A stretch of 64,000 nucleotides of DNA from the human T2T-CHM13v2.0 reference genome, Homo sapiens. Below, one piece after another: positions 15,474 to 34,849 of the stretch (the stretch's first letter is position 1; each line of letters begins with the position of its first letter). The stretch lies in NCBI RefSeq assembly GCF_009914755.1, contig NC_060932.1, one strand, 5' to 3'. The notes beneath the pieces were generated by a model. That model worked only from the letters and a program-made list of their open reading frames with translations, was not told the DNA's origin and did no database searches. Position numbers and translations under genes: made by a program.

Positions 15474-16517
15474 CTACATAAGTTTCTAAACTACAAGATT
15501 AGAGCTTTGGCCAGCTAGGAGACAGTGTGATTGTTGTGAAAGAAAAGCGTGGACTTTGTAGTACAGGCCAGGTTCATACCCGCTCCCTGACTTAGAGGCT
15601 GTGTAACGTTGGGCAAATTACTTAACTTCAGGAAGACTCTCTTTCTTATCTTTACATTTGGGTTCCTAACTACCTCATAAATTTATTGTTTATTGAATCA
15701 AGTAATTAATAAATGTTTATTTATTGAGCTGGGTGCTAGAGATTTAAAAATAAGATACAGTGTTCTCCCTCAAATATTTCATTGTCTAGGAGCAGAAACT
15801 GTTGAATACAAAAATAATTGTAGCACACTGTGAAACTGTCTTAATGCTAGTAAGTTCAAGGTGGTACAAAGGAGAAAGTGATCAGGTCTACTTGGGACAA
15901 TCAAGGAAGGCTTCAAAGAAGAGAAATTTAGGCATCATCTAATGTTTAACAGATGAATAAAATGGAAAGACATCAAGTGCAAAATCAACAGAATGCTCAA
16001 TGGCATTGTAAACAAATTCAGAACTTCAAGAGTTCAGGAAATGTCAAGTTGTTCAGCATCTCTGTATATTTAAGAAGTGGAAGAAGCTTGGTGACCATCT
16101 GCAGGAGAAGGCATAGCAAAGAAAAGAATGACATTCAATTTTCTGTATTGAGTTGCTTTGCTGAGCCTGATGTCCTTTACTGAGGGACATAAGAGGAGAT
16201 GGTAAAGATAAAGAGATAACATTGGGACGAGTTGAGTGTGAGAGTTCTTTGAAATGTCTGCATGAAATGTCTTGTAAACAGTTCATTGTAGTGTTCTGGA
16301 ACTCAGAAGAGAAAACTGACCTGGAGATTCAGGCTCAGAACCCAGAGCCTTATTTCTAGGGCCAGATGAGCACTTGGATCTTCCCTCTTACACAGGATGG
16401 CTTCAAACCAGCAATATTAAGAAGCCTGGGTTGTAGGGGTAGTGTTCAAGAGAGAATCCACAGGTCAGAGTCTTGGGGAGAGGAGTGATATGCTTGAAAA
16501 ACTCCTTATCCATCTTT

Positions 16518-22616
<6,099 letters not shown>

Positions 22617-23853
22617 TCCTTATCCATCTTTAGAGCAGAACTGCCATCAAAGAAAACCTGCCCAAACCCAGTAAGCGCTGTTAAAATAGTTAAAGTTATT
22701 TTATTTTATTTTATTTTTGCTTGGGTTTCTTTAATATTTTGAATGAATACATAGACCATAGAAACACTTAAAACCTCATCTCTTTCCCGTTTACTTCTCT
22801 CTCATCACAGACTGCTCCTCCAACACTCCTGCACATTCTGCAAAGCCTTCTTCTAGTCCTAGCCCCCACATCGCCTGTCTCTACCTCCCTCCCACTTTCT
22901 CCTTATTCTATATCTTGCAATCTGCAAAGATTTCAAAGAAGTCTTTGGAAATGTTTGAAAAGAAGATTTCCAGTCTGGTGAGGCAAGAAGAGGCTTTCTG
23001 AAGACTGAGAAAGGAGAAGAAATGATGCCAGCAAAGTGAGGATTGTTTTAGAGGCCAGGAGTTGGGGAAAGGTTGGAAGGGCTCTTCCATTAATGTTTTT
23101 GTTCCTGTCACAGTGGACTCAAAAGCCAGGCTGATCTTCTAAATAAGTCATACATGCAAAGAGGCTTAGCAGAGAGCAAGGACCCTTGTACCAGGAAGTA
23201 GACGGCAACCAAATGAAAGAAGAAGGTTCTGATCAGTGGGTGAAAGATACTGCCCAGAGAAATTCCCTGACCTGCAGAGAATGGGTGAAGCAGCTTGTAC
23301 AGGTTCTAGTGGTCTCTAGCACAGGGGAAAGGAGCCACTAAAGTGCTAATGAGGCCTGGACATCATTGGAAGAAGGTATAGAGTGAGAAGAAAACAAGAG
23401 TCAGGACAGATGCTTATGGAGCAAGTGGAAAAAAAGAGTCAATGAAAGATTCTGATGAGAAACTGTCAAGGATGTGGACGAGGACCAGGAGTGTGTGGTG
23501 TCCTGGAAATTAGGAAGTATTTTTTAAAGAGACAGTATCAAATATTTCATAAAGGTCAAGTTTGATAAGGAATGGAAAGTATCCATTGGGCGTGGCAATT
23601 GAGAAGTTACTGGTGACCTTAACAAAAGCATCTTTAGTGGAATGGTGGGAGCAAAAGGCAGTTTGCTCATTAAGAGTGAAACATGACAAGCTCCAGACAT
23701 GAGGACAAGTCTCCTGAGCAGCCTGTCTGAGGAGTGGCACAGGACAATAGCTAGAGGAGTTTATCCCACCCTCCCTCCCTCCCTCCCTCTGTCTGTGTCT
23801 CCTTCCTTCTTTCTCTTCCTTCTCTCTACATTCATAATAGGCAAGACATATAC

Positions 23854-24146
23854 TTTTTTTTTTGTATGAGATGGAGTCTTGCTCTGTTGACCAGGCTGGA
23901 GTGCAGTGGCGTGATCTCCGCTCACTGCAACCTCTGCCTCCCGGTTCAAGCAATTCTCCTGCCTCAGCCTTCCGAGTAGCTGGGATTACAGGCATGTGCC
24001 ACCATGCCCAGCTAATTTCTTGTACTTTTAGTAGAAATGGGGTTTTGCCATGTTGGCCAGGCTGGTCTCAAACCCCTGACCTCAAGTTATTTGCCTGCCT
24101 CGGCCTCCCAAAGTGTTGGGATTACAGGCGTGAGCCACCACGCCCA
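23854..24146 (-). mobile_element. Alu (AluS-like) within degraded L2 sequence
   Basis: Alu body; TSD acatatactttttt. Confidence 0.93.
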
Positions 24147-24817
24147 GCAACATATACTTTTTTAAAGGCTGTTAAGTAGGATCTTGTGATGAAGAGTCTG
24201 AAAGTCCAGAATGGAAATGGCACAGATGGAGGCATTGACCTTGAATAAGAGAAGAAGGAAAGGAATATCTGTTCTTCTGAGGATGGAGGGCATGGATTAA
24301 GGGAAAGGTGTACATAGGAAGGTTTTGTGAGAAAGCAGGAGGTGATCAGTCAGCAAGTTGAGGGAGTTTGTCTGTTAGCCTCCAACCTCCAAGTTCTCTG
24401 CAAGGGAGCTAGCAAGATCATCCTCTGAGAGCAAAAATTAGGAGGCAAGGACAGGCTCAGGGGACATAGAGAGGTTTGGAATAATGACAGTAGAGAATGG
24501 GAGAGAGGGACAAAATAAATGGCACAGAGGGCTCACATGTGTGGGACCACATGTTTGTGAAACCAAGTATATTTGAAACTCATAATACATTTTTTCCCTG
24601 CTGCATCTGAATGAGGTGTAGAGATACTCATGTGAGATGTGCTCAGGGGTGGCAGGTGGAGGTAGATGAGGTGTTCAGTAAGTATCTGCTCCCCCACTAG
24701 GCAGTGCAGGTTGGTAGTACAGAAATATGCAACTGTGACTTTCCAGTGAGAAGAAATATTTCCATTTGATGAAGTTAATATCAAGGATATGAAGGTCTTC
24801 TAAAATTGTTGATTTCA

Positions 24818-25125
24818 GGCTGAGCACAGTGGCTCATGCTTGTAATCCCAGCACTTTAGGAGACCAAGGCAGGAGAATTGCTTGAGCCCAGGAGTTCAAA
24901 ACCAACCTGGGCAACACAGTGAGACCCTATCTCTATAAAAAATAAAAATAAAAAAATTAGCTGGGTGTGATGGCATGTGCCTGTAGTCATAACTACTCAG
25001 GTGGGAGGATCACTTGAGCCCAGGAGTTTGTGGTTACAGCGAACCATGATTGTGCCACTGCACTCCAACCTGGATGACAGAGTAAGACCCCAATCTCTAA
25101 ATAAATACATAAAAATAAAAATATA
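24818..25125 (+). mobile_element. AluJ-like
   Basis: Alu body; TSD aattgttgatttca. Confidence 0.92.
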
Positions 25126-25754
25126 TAATTGTTGATTTCAAGTTTGGGAAGGTAAACAGCAAAATATCAGGTGGTGCTACTTGGTTATTGGACCTGGGAT
25201 TGTGACTGCCCTTATCTTGAGAACACAACAGAAGTAATTAACTTCCTTCCTGCTCTACCCAAGTCAAGGGAGACAAAAGAATTTCCAAAAGATCCAATCT
25301 TGACTTTGCAGATAACCTTCAAAGGAAGTAATAGGACAGTAAATTTTGGGAACATGCTCATGAAGTGTCCAGCACATGAGATCATTTATTACAATAATTG
25401 CATGAAAGCAGAAATACCTTTTTCTTAGAAAAGAGATCTGAATTCAGATAAGGCAGGAGCAAGAGTAAGAGAACAAGAGCCTGAATGAAACAGTTTGTCC
25501 TCTTTTGCCTGGTTGAGAAAGTAAATCAATCCTCTTGCAGGTAGGTGTCAAAGCAGGAAAAGGATATGAGGAATATTGGAAATAACGTCCAAGGATATGT
25601 GGAGACGGTCATGGATATGCTACTTCTTGAAATTGATGTTTGTGTAAGATTTCAGAAAGAAACCCACATCTGAGCCAGAGCTTCTCTTGTGGGATTGATT
25701 TTGATTTGAACTGGTAGCACAGCTCCCGTGTGAGTGTGAGTGGATGAGGTAGTG

Positions 25755-28288
25755 CAGGCCTGTTAGGAACTGGGCTGCACAGCAGGAGGCGAGCAAGCAA
25801 AGCTTCATTTGTATTTACAGCCGCTCCCCATCACTTGCGTTACTACCTGAGCTCTGTCTGTGGTCAGATCAGCAGTGGCATTAGATTCTCACAGGATCGC
25901 AAACCCTATTGTGAACTGCACATGCAATGCCATCAGATCTTGGTTGGGTGCTCCTTATGAGATGCTAAGGCCTGATGATCTGAGGTGGAGCTGAAGCAGT
26001 GATGCTAGCACTGGGGAGTGGCTGCTAATTCAGACTAACATTAGCGAGAGGTTTGACTGAACAGAGACCATAATAAATCAATTGCTTGCAGACTCATATC
26101 AAAACCCTATCAGTAGGTAGTAAGTGACAATTAAACTGCATCTGGTGGCGGGCTTTAAGTACGAATCTGACACTTATTTTAGTCTGCATGTGGTCTATTA
26201 TTTTATTTGCCACTTCCATCTGTGCCTCTTTCCTGCACTGAACACTTGTCTCAGTCACAGTTTTGGTAAGTCCACAAGCTAACCCTAGCCAAAATCAGAA
26301 AAAAAAAACAAATGCCACTGGAGAGTTTCTTTGAAAAGGGGAAAGACCCAGTGATGAGACAGAAGAAGACTCTAAGACTGCCAACAAAAAGAAAGCTGCA
26401 TTTAAAAGAAAATACTGAGTCCTACTTAAATTACGAGTTCATTGCAACAGGTGATTCACATTCTCCAAGCCCACTTATATAGTACGTGGTGACCAGATAT
26501 CCAATGAAGCCATGAAGCCTTCAAAACTGCTTTGCCATATGAAGACCTGCACCCTGCCTTTGGAGTTTTTCAAAAGAAAAACAATGTGAACATGAAGAAT
26601 AGAAGCAATTATTGAAGGCCAACACTTCATCAAATGTGTCTGCACTGAGAGCATCATTCTTAGTAGCTAACCACATTTCTAAACCTAAGAATCCCATTAC
26701 TATTGGTGAAGAGTTGATCCTGCCTGCTGCTAAGGACATTTGTTGTGAACTTTTAGGAGAGGCTGCGGTTCACAAGGTGGCACATATTCCCCTTTTGGCT
26801 AGGATCATAACAGGCAAATTGATGAAATAACAGAGGATATTGAGGCACAATTGTTAGAGAGGATTAATGAGTAACTGTGGTTCACAATCCAGGTTGACGA
26901 GTCTACCAATGTTGACGATAAGGCAACAATGCTTGTTTTGTGTGATATATTTTTCAGGAGGATGGGCATGAGAATGTGTTATGTGAACTTTTGTTGCCAA
27001 ACAACACCACAGCTACAGAACTATTCAAGCCGTTGAATGATCACATATCAGAAAAACTGAATTGGTCATTTTGTGTCAATATGTGCATGGACAGAGTTGC
27101 TACCATGACTGGATGGCTCTCTGGTTTCACTGCTTAGACCAAAGAGGTAGCTTCTGCATGTAAGTCTATGGACTGTGTCATCTATAGAGATATGCTGGTT
27201 AGCCGAAAAATGTCATCTGAACTTAACAACGCTTTGCAGAATGTGATTAAAATTATCAACCACATTAAAGTATATGCCCTTAACTCACATCTGTTTGCTC
27301 AGCTGCATGAGGAGATGGACACAGAACACACATGTCTTCTCTTATACACAGAAGTGAGATAGCTTTCTAAAGGTAGATCACTGGCCAGAGTTTTTGAGTT
27401 ACTAGAGCGGCACCAGAGATTTCTTTTAGAAAAACAGTCACCACTGGCTGCACATTTCAGTGACACAGAATGGGTCACAAAATTTGCTTACTTGTGCAAC
27501 ATATTCAACCTGCTCAACAGACTCAATCTGTCACTTTAGGGGAGAATGACAACTGTGTTCAAGTAGGCAAATAAAGTGGCTGCCTTCAAAGCCAAAATGG
27601 AATTATGTGAGTGACGAGTGAACATTGGAATTTCTGACATGTTTCAAACATTAGCAGAGATTTTGAAAGAGACTAAGCGAGGGCCTGGTGCATGATCACT
27701 TATCTTAGCTTTCAAAAGAGTTTAAGCATTACTTCCAACCACAAAAGACCCCCAAACTGGGAAGGAATGGGTCTGTGAACCATTTCCAAATAAGCCAGAT
27801 GGGTCAACTGGTTGAGATCACAAATGACAGTGACCTTAAAAGTATGTTTGAGACAACTTCAAATCACGATACCTTCTATATTAAAGTCAAGGCAGAATAT
27901 CCTAAGATTGATACAAGCGCATCGAAAAGCTTGCTGCCATTTCCAACATCCTGTCTTTGTGAAGCAGGGCTTTCTGCAGTGACAGCAACCAAAATGAGAT
28001 TATGAAGTAGATTGGACATAAGCAACACACTTCAGGTGTCACTGTCTCCCATCACCCCCAGATAGGACCGTCTAGTTGGAGGAAAACAAGTCAGGGCTCC
28101 CACTGATTCTACATTATTGGGAGTTGTATAATTACCTAATCATATATTACAATGTAATAATAATAGACATAAAGTGCACAAAAATGTAATGTGCTTGAAT
28201 CATCTCGAAACCATCCCCTACTCCTGGTCCATGGAAAAATTGTCTTCCACGAAACTGGCCGCTTGTACCAAAAAGTTGGGGACAACTG
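25755..28288 (+). mobile_element. Near full-length Charlie3 (MER1-group hAT) DNA transposon fossil
   Basis: Ends match MER1A/B (ggcctgttaggaac..., ...aaattgtcttccacgaaac...aaaaagttggggacaactg). The left end has an internal deletion after CAGG. 8-bp TSD-like aggtagtg/atgtagta. Internal transposase remnants. Confidence 0.9.
26294..28106 (+). pseudogene. Disrupted hAT/Buster-type transposase ORF of Charlie3 (related to ZBED5/ZBED8/SCAND3/FAM200)
   Basis: Fragments LESFFEKG, SNEAMKPSKL, ASFLVANHISKPKNPITIGEELILPAAKDI, IQVDEST, LLLYTEVR, LLPFPTSCLCEAGLSA; many stops and frameshifts. Confidence 0.88.
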
Positions 28289-28583
28289 ATGTAGTACAAA
28301 GGGGAAAGAAATAGCTAACATTTGTTGAGCCCCTACTAAGTGCTAACAACTCACTTTTCCCCATTTGATTAACATAACACTGTGCCATAAATATGACTTC
28401 CTACATTTTATAGGGGAAAGAATCTGGGGCTCAGAGTAGTGTAAGAACTTGCCCAACTTTACATGCACAGACCGTCCTGTGCATCTCAGGTATGGACCAT
28501 GGAGACAGGCAGAGCAGGCCTGGGATCTGGCTCTGCCACTAACCAGCCCTGTGACTTGGGAAACCAGTGAAAAGTAGTATCCA

Positions 28584-28988
28584 GGATGGTCAGTTTTATA
28601 CGTCAGCTTGGCTAAGCTACTGTCTCCAATTACTCAATCACAGATGCTATTCCAGGCATCGCTGTCCTCAATCAGAGAACGTGTTTTGTAGATGTTGTTA
28701 AAGTCCATAATCAATTGCCTTTAAGTAAGGAAGGTTATTCTGGATAATCTGGGTAGGCCTGATTCAATCAGTTAAAAGGACTTGAAAGCAGGGCTAAGGC
28801 TTCCCTGAAGAAGAAAGTCCATCTGTGGACCAGCTTCCCTGAGTGCCTCAAATTCCAGCCTGCCTTTCTTAATGGCCTGCCCTATGGATTTTGGACTTCC
28901 TTAACCAACCCCACAATCAAATAAACCTACACATAAAAATTCTGAATATCTCTTGCTGGTTTGGTTTCTCAGGTGGAACTCTGATACA
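28584..28988 (+). mobile_element. MLT2-family (ERVL) LTR within a MIR
   Basis: gatggtcagttttatacgtcagcttggctaagcta...ataatctgggtaggcctgattcaatcagtt...ctgataca. Confidence 0.75.
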
Positions 28989-30390
28989 GTGCCTCCCTCA
29001 TGTGTGGTGAAGATTAACTGAAGTCATGGTATTACCAGATGGGAAGCATTTGACATGGTGCTAGGAACATTCAAACAGGTTTGAAACATGGTCATTATTA
29101 CTGTGAGGACTTGGCAAACACCAGGTTAAGCCTACATCTAATTGGCTCTCAAGCCTGACACTCTACCCAGCACAGACTTGGTCAATAGCTATAGTCACCA
29201 GTTCTATCACAAATTCAGTGGGACCTACCACAAACTCAATGTGACCTTGAGCTGGCTGCAAACTCGATGGGCCCTGGCTTCCTTCCTGTAAAGTGAGGGG
29301 ATTGTGTACCAAATGATTTTTGTATAAACTTCCAGCTCTGATGTTGTCTGGGTCAGTTTTGACCTAATTGATCAGATTGTTATTAGGCCATGTCTACTTC
29401 CTCCAGCCACCAGACAAGATTTGTTCCATTACTGGTACATTCAGAGCTCTTCCTTCACAAATGGCCTTCTAATTACTGGGTGGTTTATGGCCCAAGAAAA
29501 TGCAAACTGAGTTTAATATTAACTTGAGCAGAGCATTCATGTCAATTTAGTTCTAGAGCTCCCACTCTGCCCCAGACGATGGGCCATACAATATATTAAA
29601 AAAGCATTAAATCTGGTCCCTGCCCTTAAGGAGCACAGGGAGACCTCCAAAAATCAGGTCCTACTGTGAGGGAGTAGGTAATTAAGACTAAGCACTATAA
29701 GAGTTGATAGTAAGGAGGCAGTGAGATCATTCTGGGCTGGAATGATCAGAAAAGCTTAGCAGAAGAGATAGGAATTTAGATAGGTGACATGTGTATGTAA
29801 GAGGTAAGAAGGAAGTTAAATCTTCCACTTTTCCAGTGCATCATGCATCTCAAAATCCAATGGGTATGATTTTGGGAGCTCTTTACATTACTGTTTGTCT
29901 TTGCTGGCAGAGAATCAAGAAGCAAATGCCATGAGATTTCAGGCTTTCTCTCCTATTCTCCCTGACATCCTCATTAACCACCATTGTTCTGCACAAAGAT
30001 GAGCATGCACAGTAAGTTCACTACATCACACACATTTATACACACGTATCTGCAGATGCCCTGACAGTCCCATCATTTGTGCATCTGGGGACTCCCATAG
30101 TAGAATAAGTTTCATTAAGGTGGGTGGGTCCTAATTAATGTTTCTCTTGTCTACTGCGTATATCTTACCTTCCACAAAGCAGGCCTTCAATAAATATTTA
30201 TGGAATAAATAAATGAAAGTATAATCACTCTCCAGACTATGGGAGACACAAAGGGAAAGTTTCCCTATCTGAAACTTTCAATGGCATTAAAACCCTAATA
30301 ACGGTGAGTCTTACACTTTGAAGATTCTTTGATTTTTAATGTCAGCCCAATCTAACTCCCTGCTCCCACTTTTAAAAAAATATTGCTTAC

Positions 30391-30456
30391 ATCCTACCAT
30401 CAGGGCTTCTTATTCAAAGAGCCATTGATAGAACCACAGCCAAAAACTTGCTGGAG
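30391..30456 (-). pseudogene. Fossil exon (66 bp)
   Basis: (TTG)n/T-tract ...gttcag|CTC...GAT|gtaagc; LQQVFGCGSINGSLNKKP versus recalled KRQEFEDYLHQEMQNSKE; 104-nt intron upstream; phase 0 to 0. Confidence 0.6.
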
Positions 30457-30560
30457 CTGAACAACAACAACAACAAAAAAAAAAACAGTGGGTGTAGGTA
30501 GAAGAAAAGTTATGCTTGAATGACAAGCAAACACCAGAAGGATTAATTTTACAAGCTCAC

Positions 30561-30653
30561 CTTTGCGATCAGATAAAGGCAGCCTGACTTTTTAAAGACA
30601 ATATTTATTTTTATCAGTTTAATAAACAGCTCTTAGCAACATTGATAGTCATC
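30561..30653 (-). pseudogene. Fossil exon (93 bp)
   Basis: tttgtttttgtccatgaag|GAT...AAG|gtgagc; DDYQCC*ELFIKLIKINIVFKKSGCLYLIAK versus recalled QKKGWMRMISFIRSFCKYRRFM; phase 0 to 0. Confidence 0.65.
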
Positions 30654-30714
30654 CTTCATGGACAAAAACAAAGAAGGCTTATTAACTTAAATTTAAATTG
30701 TTCACTAATCTTAC

Positions 30715-30758
30715 TTCAGTTTGCTGCCTCTTTCATGATGATATTTTGCTAAATGAGT
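30715..30758 (-). pseudogene. Fossil exon (44 bp)
   Basis: tttttttttaag|AC...TGAA|gtaaga; SKISS*KRQQTE (TGA plausibly from CGA) versus recalled QISSRKPSKI; phase 1 to 0. Confidence 0.6.
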
Positions 30759-32199
30759 CTTAAAAAAAAACTTGGTGATGTGTGTAAACAAGCCAGAAAT
30801 TCTCAAGACTGTGGTCTAATGAAAGCAAATAAATAGAGTTTACAAAATAATTCAGAACACTGAAAGAGACAGTGTTTGGGATGTAAATATAGATTTCTAC
30901 AAACAAGCAGCTAATAATCATAAGTCAACATTCATAAGGATCACTCTAAAGACTGGAAGTGAAAAAAATATCCTCTGGATTCAGAAGTCTTCTAGCCAAT
31001 TGCAAAATAATTCTGTCCATGGAGTTCTAATTTGATGATTATTAACGTTTATATTCCAACAGATTTCTGAAAACATGTATTGAGCACCAGCTATGTGCAA
31101 TGAGTAGTTCTCAAAACACTGCATCCAATCAATGCAACCAGTCATTACTTATTTGCCAAGGACTGTACTATGAGTAGTATGGATAATGTAATGTACATAT
31201 GCTGTTTTTGCCTGATCAGCCTCTATGAATTCCCCCTTCTTCTGTTAACAATGCCTGAATTTTCCTTTGGCCAGGCACTCTACTTTATTCCACACGCTGT
31301 GCTCAATACGACTGACCTCACCCTCCTAGCTCCAAGGGTCTTCAAGTGATCATGACTTGCTCAGTCCTATTTTGGCCTCAGTGATTGATTTAGAGATGGG
31401 CATAAATACAGATTGAAATAGAGATGGGTTTGGTTATATAAGCGAGGTCAATAAGACTAAATTCAGTGGCGGGGGATGTTGCTCAAAAACCTTGGGCAAG
31501 AGAAGCTCTCCTCCTGTAGCTTGCAAACTGTGAGGCTGATAAGCAAGACCCTGGTTAGGAAGAGGGTGGAGAGCAAGTCTGACTTTGTGATGGTGCTGCA
31601 TATCTTCCACTTTCCCCAGGTCTACCCTCTCTTCCTGTCTCTCGGCTGACTACATAAACTCTTCTCTGGCTTCCAAATGGGAGTGCTGACGGAAAAATTG
31701 GGTTATTTATTTCCCTCTCTGTGGGGCCTCCTGGGACTGGCTGTGTCTCCCTACTGAAGGCTGCAGCTCTCTCAGGGAACTGTCTCCACACAGCTCTTGG
31801 TCTTCAGGTTCCAGCAGCCACTCTTGCTTTGCTCCTTCAGGGTTAGCGACAACAGTGTCCCACTATTACTTAATCTGGTACTTCAATATCCCTCGAATTT
31901 CCTAAGCCCCACCCTCATCTTTGTAAGTAGTCTTCTTTTTAAAACCCAACTGGACGGAGCCATCTATTTCCTGCCATAATCCCAACAGATACAATGCCAG
32001 CATTTGTGTTCTGGATCTAGACATGCCTAAAGATAGTGACACTCTTGGACTCTTTTCAGTTTCTCAAGCCAGTAAATGCCCTTTTTCCTTAACCCTGTTT
32101 GGTTTTTCTGTTGCTTACAACAGAGAGTCCTAATAGAGTCTGCTAGACTATCGAGATCACATAGACTCATACAAGACACTTTTTTAAAGGGAGCGGGCC

Positions 32200-32595
32200 T
32201 TGTTATGGACCGAATTGGGTACCCCCCAAAATTCATATGTGGAAGTCCTAACCCCAAATACACTAGAATATGACTGTATTCGGAGACAGGATATTTAAAG
32301 GGGTAAGTTAAAATGAGGCCTTATGGTGAGTCCTAATTCAATATGACTGGTGCCCTTATAAGGAGAAGTGGTTTGGACACAGACATGTTCAGAGGGAAGA
32401 CCATGTGAAAACACAGGAAGAAGGCAGCTGTCTATGAGCCAGGACAGAGACATTAGAAGAAATCAATCCTGTTGATCCCTTTGTCTGAGACTTCCAGCCT
32501 CCAGAACTGTGAAAAAGTTAACTTCTATTGTTTAAGCCACCTGGTCTGTAGTACCTTTTTTTTTTTCTTTTTTGGGGCAGCCCAGGCAGATTCAT
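32200..32595 (+). mobile_element. MLT1B-like MaLR LTR
   Basis: tgttatggaccgaattg...ccccaaaattcatatgtggaagtcctaacc...gacttccagcctccagaactgtga. Confidence 0.85.
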
Positions 32596-33186
32596 CTAGG
32601 CACCTATGGACTAGAACTGGGGGAGACACTTGTAGAGGCCAGCGGCTGCCTCCAGCAATCTGAGCCAGCATGGCCTCCTAGCTGTGGCTGATATGTCTCT
32701 CCCTACATTGGGTCCATTTGCCTTGGCTACTCACTGGCCCATCTTCTGTATTTCCCAGTCCGAAGTAACTGAAACTAACTGACTTGGTTAACTACTGTCA
32801 TTACCACTGGGTAAGACCTTTGCACAGGCCCACCTCATGGGTTTCTGGCAAGCAATGCATAAGCTGCCTTTGGGTCCTATGCCCACATCTGGTTCCACCA
32901 GTGGCTGCCATGTGTCAGGGACAGTTCCCTGATGGTCCCCTGTGTAGAACATGGTGGGGGTGCTCAGCTTCAGTGTGAAAGAGATGACAGACACAGGTGG
33001 CATTTGAAAAGTCCAACATTGGGTCCCCTGAGCGAGTGGCATTGCTAATTACATGAAAACATCAATTCCAACACACCCTGCTCAGATTTGGCCTCAGTTT
33101 TTACTGTGCAGCCAATTGCTCATTCCAGTCACTCACAAGGCCACTCTCTTGACCTTGAGTTTTGTGAGATTCCCCAGAATCCTTAC

Positions 33187-33399
33187 CCCAGCCACTTGGC
33201 TGGCTTGAGTTAGTTTGATGTGAGTTGATGTTACTTTGAAACGAAAAAGGCTTGATTAAAATAGTTTCCAAAGAAAACTGCAATTTGGTCCAGGAAAGAG
33301 GGATCTGTTTATGAGTAAACATGAGTGTTACAGATTATTTACAGATTATTCCTGACAATGCCATCAACTGTATGACTGTGCGAGTAGTCAACTCTTCAT
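33187..33399 (-). pseudogene. Fossil exon (213 bp)
   Basis: tttttccttccatttcatttag|AT...TGGG|gtaagg; 70 codons with one stop inside a local aataatctgta duplication; DEELTTRTVIQLMALSG versus recalled EEMLQCDAPIIKEIASMR; phase 1 to 1. Confidence 0.65.
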
Positions 33400-34374
33400 C
33401 TAAATGAAATGGAAGGAAAAACAAACAGTGTTTTCCACATCCCAGGAAGGCTGCCAGAGGTTCTGAAGAAGGTATCTCATGGGTCTTCCACTCCTTTCTC
33501 AGGCAGGAATTCTTTTCTTGTAGTTCCTTGATCCCGAAAAGGAAAATTATTTCAAGTTTCCTGAATTGATCAATTGATTAATTGATGTTTTTTACTGCTC
33601 TACTGACTTTGCTTTCTTTACTTTGTTTTTTCTTTACTCACTTCCTGACACCTCAGAAGACAGAGGCATCTCTTAGTACAGGATTTAAGTGGATGCAGGA
33701 TTTCAGTTTCATGGTCCGTGGCACAGATACCATGTGTTCGAAGGTTTAATTCATTTCTGTCTTTGGTCATTTCCCCTTTTGGGGAGTTTGTGGGTAGTAC
33801 ATGGTGTTGGCCTGCGGTGGAACATGAGCTTATAGGGTATTTAGGCTTTCAAGCCTGCTCTGCTGCCCAGTGACCCATCCAGCAGAATGTTTGCCCAGTG
33901 GGATTTCACAAGTGCCACAAAACAGTGACTGCTTCCCCTTTTGGCACAGGATGTTGATTTTTGTTAACCTATCTCTGTTCCACCCTTATATGTTTAGCGG
34001 GGGTGCTGTTCAGCAAATGTTCTCTTCAGCAAATGTTCTCTCTGTCTCTTTTCCTCACCTATATTAGGAGTATCATAATCTCTCCATTGATGTTGGGGCT
34101 GGTCATGGAGTTGTTCTGGCCAATAAATGTGAGCAGAGGCTTTGAATGTGCCTGCACCCTTTGCCTTGACTTCTCAGTCTTTTGTGTTCCTTCCTACTCT
34201 ACCATTAAGAAGAGCTTGCCCCAGGTAGCCACTGTTCCTCCAATGTGGGTCCCAAAATGAGAGACTCATGGGACAGACCTGAGCCTCACCCACAGCACAG
34301 AGCAGGGCTGCTGTAGCTGACCAGCCAACCTGTGGGCAAGAAGTAAATGTTTTGGTACTGCAAACCACTGAGAA

Positions 34375-34545
34375 TTTTTTTTTTTTTTTTTTTTTGAGAC
34401 AAGGTCTCACTCTGTTGCCCAGGCTGTATTGCAGTGGTGCTATCACAGCTCACTGCAGCCTTGAGCACCTGGGATCAAACAATCCTCCCACCTCAGTCTT
34501 CCAAGTAGCTGGGACTACAGGCATGCGCCACCACTCCCAGCTAAA
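34375..34545 (-). mobile_element. Alu monomer or truncated AluJ inside an old MLT1-like LTR
   Basis: Poly-T plus a single Alu arm; flanked by cactgagaatttt.../cccagaaattg. Confidence 0.8.
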
Positions 34546-34849
34546 CCCAGAAATTGTGCAACATTATCACAACAAAAGCTGATTAATACAGCTGGTAAAG
34601 TTTCCCAAGGAAGGGAGGAATGATTCTATTTGGGATTTAAAACTGAGGAAGTAGGTAGGAAAGAAAGTTGAAGGGCTTTTTTGGATAAGGAGGCACTCTA
34701 TATCCAAAATCAGATTAGAGTATTCCAAACACCACACCCCTGAGAGATGCTAGAAATGTTTCCAAATGACTAGAGTCCAATAAAGTATTCTTTATGCAGT
34801 GTTTTATGTCAAACTTTAACAATTAGTGATACTATTAAAACTCAGGCAA

